NCBI GenBank assembly: GCA_964019335.1
Contig: OZ025673.1
Coordinates: 62,001-126,000, forward strand
From: Diplonema japonicum
Lineage: Eukaryota; Protista; Euglenozoa: Diplonemea
DNA length: 64,000 bases
Reading direction: 5' to 3'
Shown here: positions 59,835-64,000 of the stretch, piece by piece
Layout: every line of letters begins with the position of its first letter
Position numbering within the stretch: the first letter of the stretch is position 1
Notes under the pieces: model-generated
Databases searched by the model: none
Seen by the model: the letters and a program-made list of their open reading frames with translations, nothing else
Told to the model about the DNA's origin: nothing
Program-made: the position numbers and the translations under genes

Positions 59835-61256
59835 TCACTTTCCGCGGCACAACAAAACTGAAACGCATATCAGCGCTGCGTCCTCTAGAAACCCACGCTT
59901 GGAGGATTCGTACGCCTTCAACAAGGAACGCGTAATATGTTCAAGCCCAATCCAGCACTCGGTGAGCAGAAGGTCCCTGCTGTGGCTTTCTTCTGCAAGG
60001 ATGACACGTCTAACAGGGTATAGGAGAAAGGGTTGTTGGTCGACAGGAAGTTTGGCAGGGTGCTTCTCCTTAGCCTGTCGTTGGAGGTATGGCGTGACAG
60101 GCCAAGATTTGGCCACGTGATGTGGCTTCTCTTTTGCTTTCGACTTGGTCTTTTTGTGCATGTGGAGGATCTTTTTCGCCTTCTTAGAAAACTGTTCTCT
60201 GGTGAGAACGTCCTTAGTAGAATAGACGATCTTTGGAGGCGATCGGTTGGGCTTGATCGGCTCAGGGAGCTTGACAGAAGGAGGGGTTCGAGTCACCGTA
60301 CGAGATCGCACCTTTGGCGACTCTTTGGGGATGAACACAGACGATCTTAAACCAGACCGGCCCTTGTATGTGACACATGCCTCGTGGAGGTCAGCGAGAA
60401 GCTCTTTAGAAAAGTTTTGCTTCTGCTGAATGTGGTGATGAGACTCTATAAGGTCGTCGATGGTAGTATTTACCGGGCTAAACTCGAACCTGGGGTATGA
60501 AGCGCGTAGGGTAGCAAGCTCGTTGGTATACACATGCAGCTGATCGACCAAGTCCGTGGTGCTAGAAAGTGCGCCTTTGCTGTCTCCAGTGAGCCAACCC
60601 ATCCTGCTGAGAAGAGGGAAGGCTGTGGCGGTAGCGTTCATCCATTCATCACCGTCTACTTTCTTTTTGCATTTCAACCATTGCCTCACCTCGTTGATTT
60701 TTGAAACCAACTCGTCCTCCAATTTGCTGTTCGCAATCTTCCATGTCTTGGACTCTTCTTTGAATCTCCGCTGCCGTCTTTTCTGAAGCTCCTCTATGGC
60801 AGCCATCTTGTCAGCTGTCAGGACCACCAGTGCACGCCTCGAAAGGTCGCTGCACTGATGTCTGTGCATCTCTGCGTCTTCCCACAACATGAGAAGCTCT
60901 GTTTTCCTTTTAAGACCTTTTGTGCGAGCCAGCTCAAATGCTGATTTAACAAATCGGCACGATCTCAAGTACTTCTTCACAGCGCGTAAACGGTGGCTCT
61001 TACTCTGGCTCAGCCCTATGAGGTACGCCACAAGAATGTCTACCACAGTGTCCGGGTCGCTTTGCGTAAGTGAATACCGAAGCTGCTCCTCCTTTTTGAA
61101 CGTGAGATTGAAGCTTGTAATCTTCTCCCTTAGAAGTCTGTACGGCTCCTCATACACAATGCTCCCTCTGGGGAGCCCATGGTCCCGTAACTGGTCATCG
61201 CTAATCTCAGAGAGGTTGCGCAGCATCCCGTCCTGAGTGTGTTTTACTCGATACAT
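59835..61256 (-). CDS. Hypothetical basic protein
   Basis: Long ORF on the cluster strand; likely ATG 61256 (MYRVKHTQ); no family recognised. Confidence 0.65.
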   Translation of the reverse strand: MYRVKHTQDGMLRNLSEISDDQLRDHGLPRGSIVYEEPYRLLREKITSFNLTFKKEEQLRYSLTQSDPDTVVDILVAYLIGLSQSKSHRLRAVKKYLRSCRFVKSAFELARTKGLKRKTELLMLWEDAEMHRHQCSDLSRRALVVLTADKMAAIEELQKRRQRRFKEESKTWKIANSKLEDELVSKINEVRQWLKCKKKVDGDEWMNATATAFPLLSRMGWLTGDSKGALSSTTDLVDQLHVYTNELATLRASYPRFEFSPVNTTIDDLIESHHHIQQKQNFSKELLADLHEACVTYKGRSGLRSSVFIPKESPKVRSRTVTRTPPSVKLPEPIKPNRSPPKIVYSTKDVLTREQFSKKAKKILHMHKKTKSKAKEKPHHVAKSWPVTPYLQRQAKEKHPAKLPVDQQPFLLYPVRRVILAEESHSRDLLLTECWIGLEHITRSLLKAYESSKRGFLEDAALICVSVLLCRGK

Positions 61257-61360
61257 GACAAAAGGCTTGAAACACAGGAAAGAAACTTGGGCAACGACGG
61301 GGAGCGGGGAAACGAGAGCCAAATACTGAAAATAAACACTTTTTTTCTTTTTCACAACCA

Positions 61361-63310
61361 TCACAATAAACACGGGTATGCGCCAAGGTGGTCCTTGGCC
61401 TTCTCCTCAGCTACGGACATCTTACGGTTGGAACCGGTAAGTGTGGGGGATTGGTAGAAGGTCTGGATGCCGGCGAAGCTGCGGGAGGTGAAGTGGTGTT
61501 GAGAGGGGCCACGGGAAACGATGAACCTGTTGACCTCACCGTCGCCCATGTTGTTCATGAAGTAGTGAGCGAAGGCGCACTCGTTCGCGAAGTGTGTGTC
61601 GTTAGGGCGGCTCGTCACGAGGCTCTCGTCTGTCTTGTTGTACAGTGCAAAGCTACCGTCAGATACATCGCTTGCCTCGCTTGACTGTGACATCAGTGCC
61701 ACCATCATGTTCGTCACCATCGACTTGAACTCCTTTTCTACACAGCACGAGGTGTGGAACACCTCAATCGGCAGCAGCACCGCAGTGGTGACGTTGTCCA
61801 GGTGCTGCAGGTACAGCCCGTAGAACCTCCCCGTCTCGTACTCTTTCTTGATGAACGTCGGGAGCAGCAGATCGTCCTTTGAAGGCAGCTCTTCTGTCCT
61901 TGGAAGATGCGCTCCTACAGTAGCTGTCTTCAGCTCCTCTACTTGCTCGTTTGTCAGGAAGACTGTGATGAAGCTGCAAGTTTCCACTGCAGCTGCCCTC
62001 GTTTGCGTTTCGGCTTTCTTCGTCGAGTACCCGTACCGCACTGCATCGAACAGCACGTGCGACGACCCCTGCGCGTGGTACGGGGTGTCCTGGTTGGGCG
62101 GGATGTTCAGCCATCCTCCGTCGCGTGCCTTGCTTGTGTCTGCCACGAGTTGCACCATGCGCAGAATGTCCTCCGTCATCTCGTGCACCACGACCTTTGT
62201 GTCCGTTAACACTGCCGCCCCCATCACGTGTGGGCTCCGCATGATCTTGCTGACTAACCTGTGAGCCCTAGCGTACGTCCCCAGCGTGCTTTGCGTGCAT
62301 TTTCCACCCAACCGGTATGCCAAGATGCTCGTCTGTGACTGTGTGTACCGCACCACGGGGAGCGAGATTGCTATGGGGTTCACCACTTTCTGCAGCTCCA
62401 AGCCCGTTCTGGAGATTTCCTGCTTAAGCAAGTGCTCCGAGAGCCGCAGTACCAAGTCGTTGGGGGGGCCATGCAGGAAGGCCATGGTGTTTTTCATTTG
62501 TTTTGCGAGGCTTCGTGTGTGGTGCTCAGCACACCCTTCGGGGGCGCCGAAGGCAAGGTGGACGGTCTGCTCGACCCTGTCAGGGGTGGTGAGGGGCTCG
62601 AGGACAATGTTGGCGTTGCCTAAACGAGAGATGGGAGAGCCTGTGCTGTCAGAAGGGGCGCTACCTTTTGGTGCAAGCTGGTTGATGACGCTAGTGATGG
62701 TGATGAGGCCCGACACGAGGCGTACCTGGACGCTCTCGTGGATCTGCGTAGGGAAGAAGCAGTGAAGCCCTTCAAGGATGAAGTTCCTTGTCTCGGCTTC
62801 GCGTTCTGAGACGTCAGCAGGCGGCTCACGGAAGATACAGACAAGTCTCTCAAGGGAGTCTGCGGGCTTCAGCCTGCTCGGCTTTGAAGGGGGCTCCGTT
62901 TTCTCAGGGACGATGACAAAGCGCTGGAAGGCACTTGTGAATTGGTATTTGATAGCATCATCGCCTGCAGTGGAGATAGAGATGAATACGCCAGCGGTGA
63001 TCATCTTGGTGCACACCTGCTGCGCTGCTTCCCTCGTCAGCCCGTATGTCCCTTCGAAGAAGCTGAAAAAGTTCTCTGCAAAGAAAGTCATCTCGTCGGA
63101 ACACGGCTCCTCTGCCTCCACCACCTCTTCCTCCTCATTCCTCGTTTTCCCTTTCCCAAGCAACACTAGGTCCTCCAACTCCCTTTCAGAACGCTTCAGT
63201 GTCTCCCACATCTGGACTTCATTCGCCCATGCATGGACAGCTAGAAGCATTGGAAGGTCTAGTACCTCCACCTGCACGTCCTCGCCTTCCATCTTCTTGG
63301 GCTGTGCCAT
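61361..63310 (-). CDS. DEP-like plus longin-domain protein (CCZ1/HPS4/INTU-like)
   Basis: TREAAQQVCTKMITAGVF resembles DEP helices; LHCFFPTQIHESVQVRLVSGLITI resembles the first longin domain of CCZ1/HPS4. Assigned by eye. Confidence 0.55.
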   Translation of the reverse strand: MAQPKKMEGEDVQVEVLDLPMLLAVHAWANEVQMWETLKRSERELEDLVLLGKGKTRNEEEEVVEAEEPCSDEMTFFAENFFSFFEGTYGLTREAAQQVCTKMITAGVFISISTAGDDAIKYQFTSAFQRFVIVPEKTEPPSKPSRLKPADSLERLVCIFREPPADVSEREAETRNFILEGLHCFFPTQIHESVQVRLVSGLITITSVINQLAPKGSAPSDSTGSPISRLGNANIVLEPLTTPDRVEQTVHLAFGAPEGCAEHHTRSLAKQMKNTMAFLHGPPNDLVLRLSEHLLKQEISRTGLELQKVVNPIAISLPVVRYTQSQTSILAYRLGGKCTQSTLGTYARAHRLVSKIMRSPHVMGAAVLTDTKVVVHEMTEDILRMVQLVADTSKARDGGWLNIPPNQDTPYHAQGSSHVLFDAVRYGYSTKKAETQTRAAAVETCSFITVFLTNEQVEELKTATVGAHLPRTEELPSKDDLLLPTFIKKEYETGRFYGLYLQHLDNVTTAVLLPIEVFHTSCCVEKEFKSMVTNMMVALMSQSSEASDVSDGSFALYNKTDESLVTSRPNDTHFANECAFAHYFMNNMGDGEVNRFIVSRGPSQHHFTSRSFAGIQTFYQSPTLTGSNRKMSVAEEKAKDHLGAYPCLL

Positions 63311-63701
63311 CTGGGTCCTTGGGGATGAGATAGGGATCTAAAAATACTTATAATAATAAAAAAAGTGTTGTTTTTATTTTTTTTTGAATTTTTTTAAAAA
63401 AAAAAGAACGCGTTGCAAGGGACAAATCCTACGAGGACCCACCCCTAAACAAAAGAAATAAATAAAAGCTTTACAAAAGTCTAGTCGAGTGGACGGGGGG
63501 GGGGGGGGTCAATCTATTTAATCTAAACCACATTCCTTCCCCCCCTTCCTAAGAGCTTAGGTTGAGAACCCTCATCGGGGCTTCTACTGGGACGGGGGGA
63601 GGCCTTGCTGCACGCTTGGCTGGTTTGTTGGGGCTTGGAGAGAGTACCTTTGAAATATATATTGATTCCCCTCCCCATTTTCTTTTTCATTTTTTCTTTC
63701 T

Positions 63702-64000
63702 TCATACATTGGTAATCTGCTGCAAAGTGGACGTGTCATCGATGCGACGCTTGGCAGGGGTTCGCTTCACAGGGGTTTCTATCTCCTCGAGTTTCTTGAT
63801 GTCGGCTTCCAGCACACGGATGGTGTGCTCGAAATTTCTTTTTTCCTTGTTCCACTCCCGCTTTTCTTTTTCGTGCAGACGCTCCTTCCTCTGCATATCT
63901 AGGATAACGTCATCTTTTCGAGAGACGGCCTCCGATAGGGTATCGCACTCCTCATTACTCTCTGCCGCAGTGGCCTCTGCTGCAGCAAGCATTCTACGTG
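63702..64000 (-). CDS. 3' end of a coiled-coil protein (truncated by the window edge)
   Basis: Open frame running off the window with heptads, then TPVKRTPAKRR (CDK-site/NLS-like) before the stop. Confidence 0.65.
   Translation of the reverse strand, partial: RRMLAAAEATAAESNEECDTLSEAVSRKDDVILDMQRKERLHEKEKREWNKEKRNFEHTIRVLEADIKKLEEIETPVKRTPAKRRIDDTSTLQQITNV

Overview
Eukaryotic genomic DNA, most consistent with a euglenozoan protist and probably a diplonemid (inferred, not proven). All ~26 supportable protein genes lie on the minus strand, some only 59-150 nt apart, which suggests a directional, probably polycistronic and trans-spliced gene cluster. Unlike kinetoplastids, the genes carry many cis-spliced introns. 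I reconstructed 37 by hand: 24 are only 31-38 nt long, most have GTAT(G)/GTGTG donors and YAG acceptors, and one is GC-AG. Splicing joins many fragments of the ORF track into single genes: a P5A-type ATPase, a multidomain COG0523/CobW GTPase, an AlkB-like pseudoenzyme, an LRR protein, an ERCC6/ERCC6L-like SNF2 ATPase, SLBP, a CCCH protein, dynein p28, a PDZ-like/C2 protein, PDI and an NXPE-like esterase. Intronless genes include glutaredoxin, a carboxylesterase, a SEN2-like tRNA endonuclease, cathepsin Z and a DEP-longin protein. Two homopolymer-rich, gene-free tracts (~11 kb and ~3.7 kb) lie downstream of the two RNA-binding-protein genes. A ~90-bp dispersed element occurs in at least 6 copies in both orientations. 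The most notable items are the ultra-short, clustered, 3'-biased introns, the unusual COG0523 fusion and its possible in-frame splice into the ATPase, and the dispersed SINE-like element. No rRNA, tRNA, CRISPR array or autonomous transposon was recognised.
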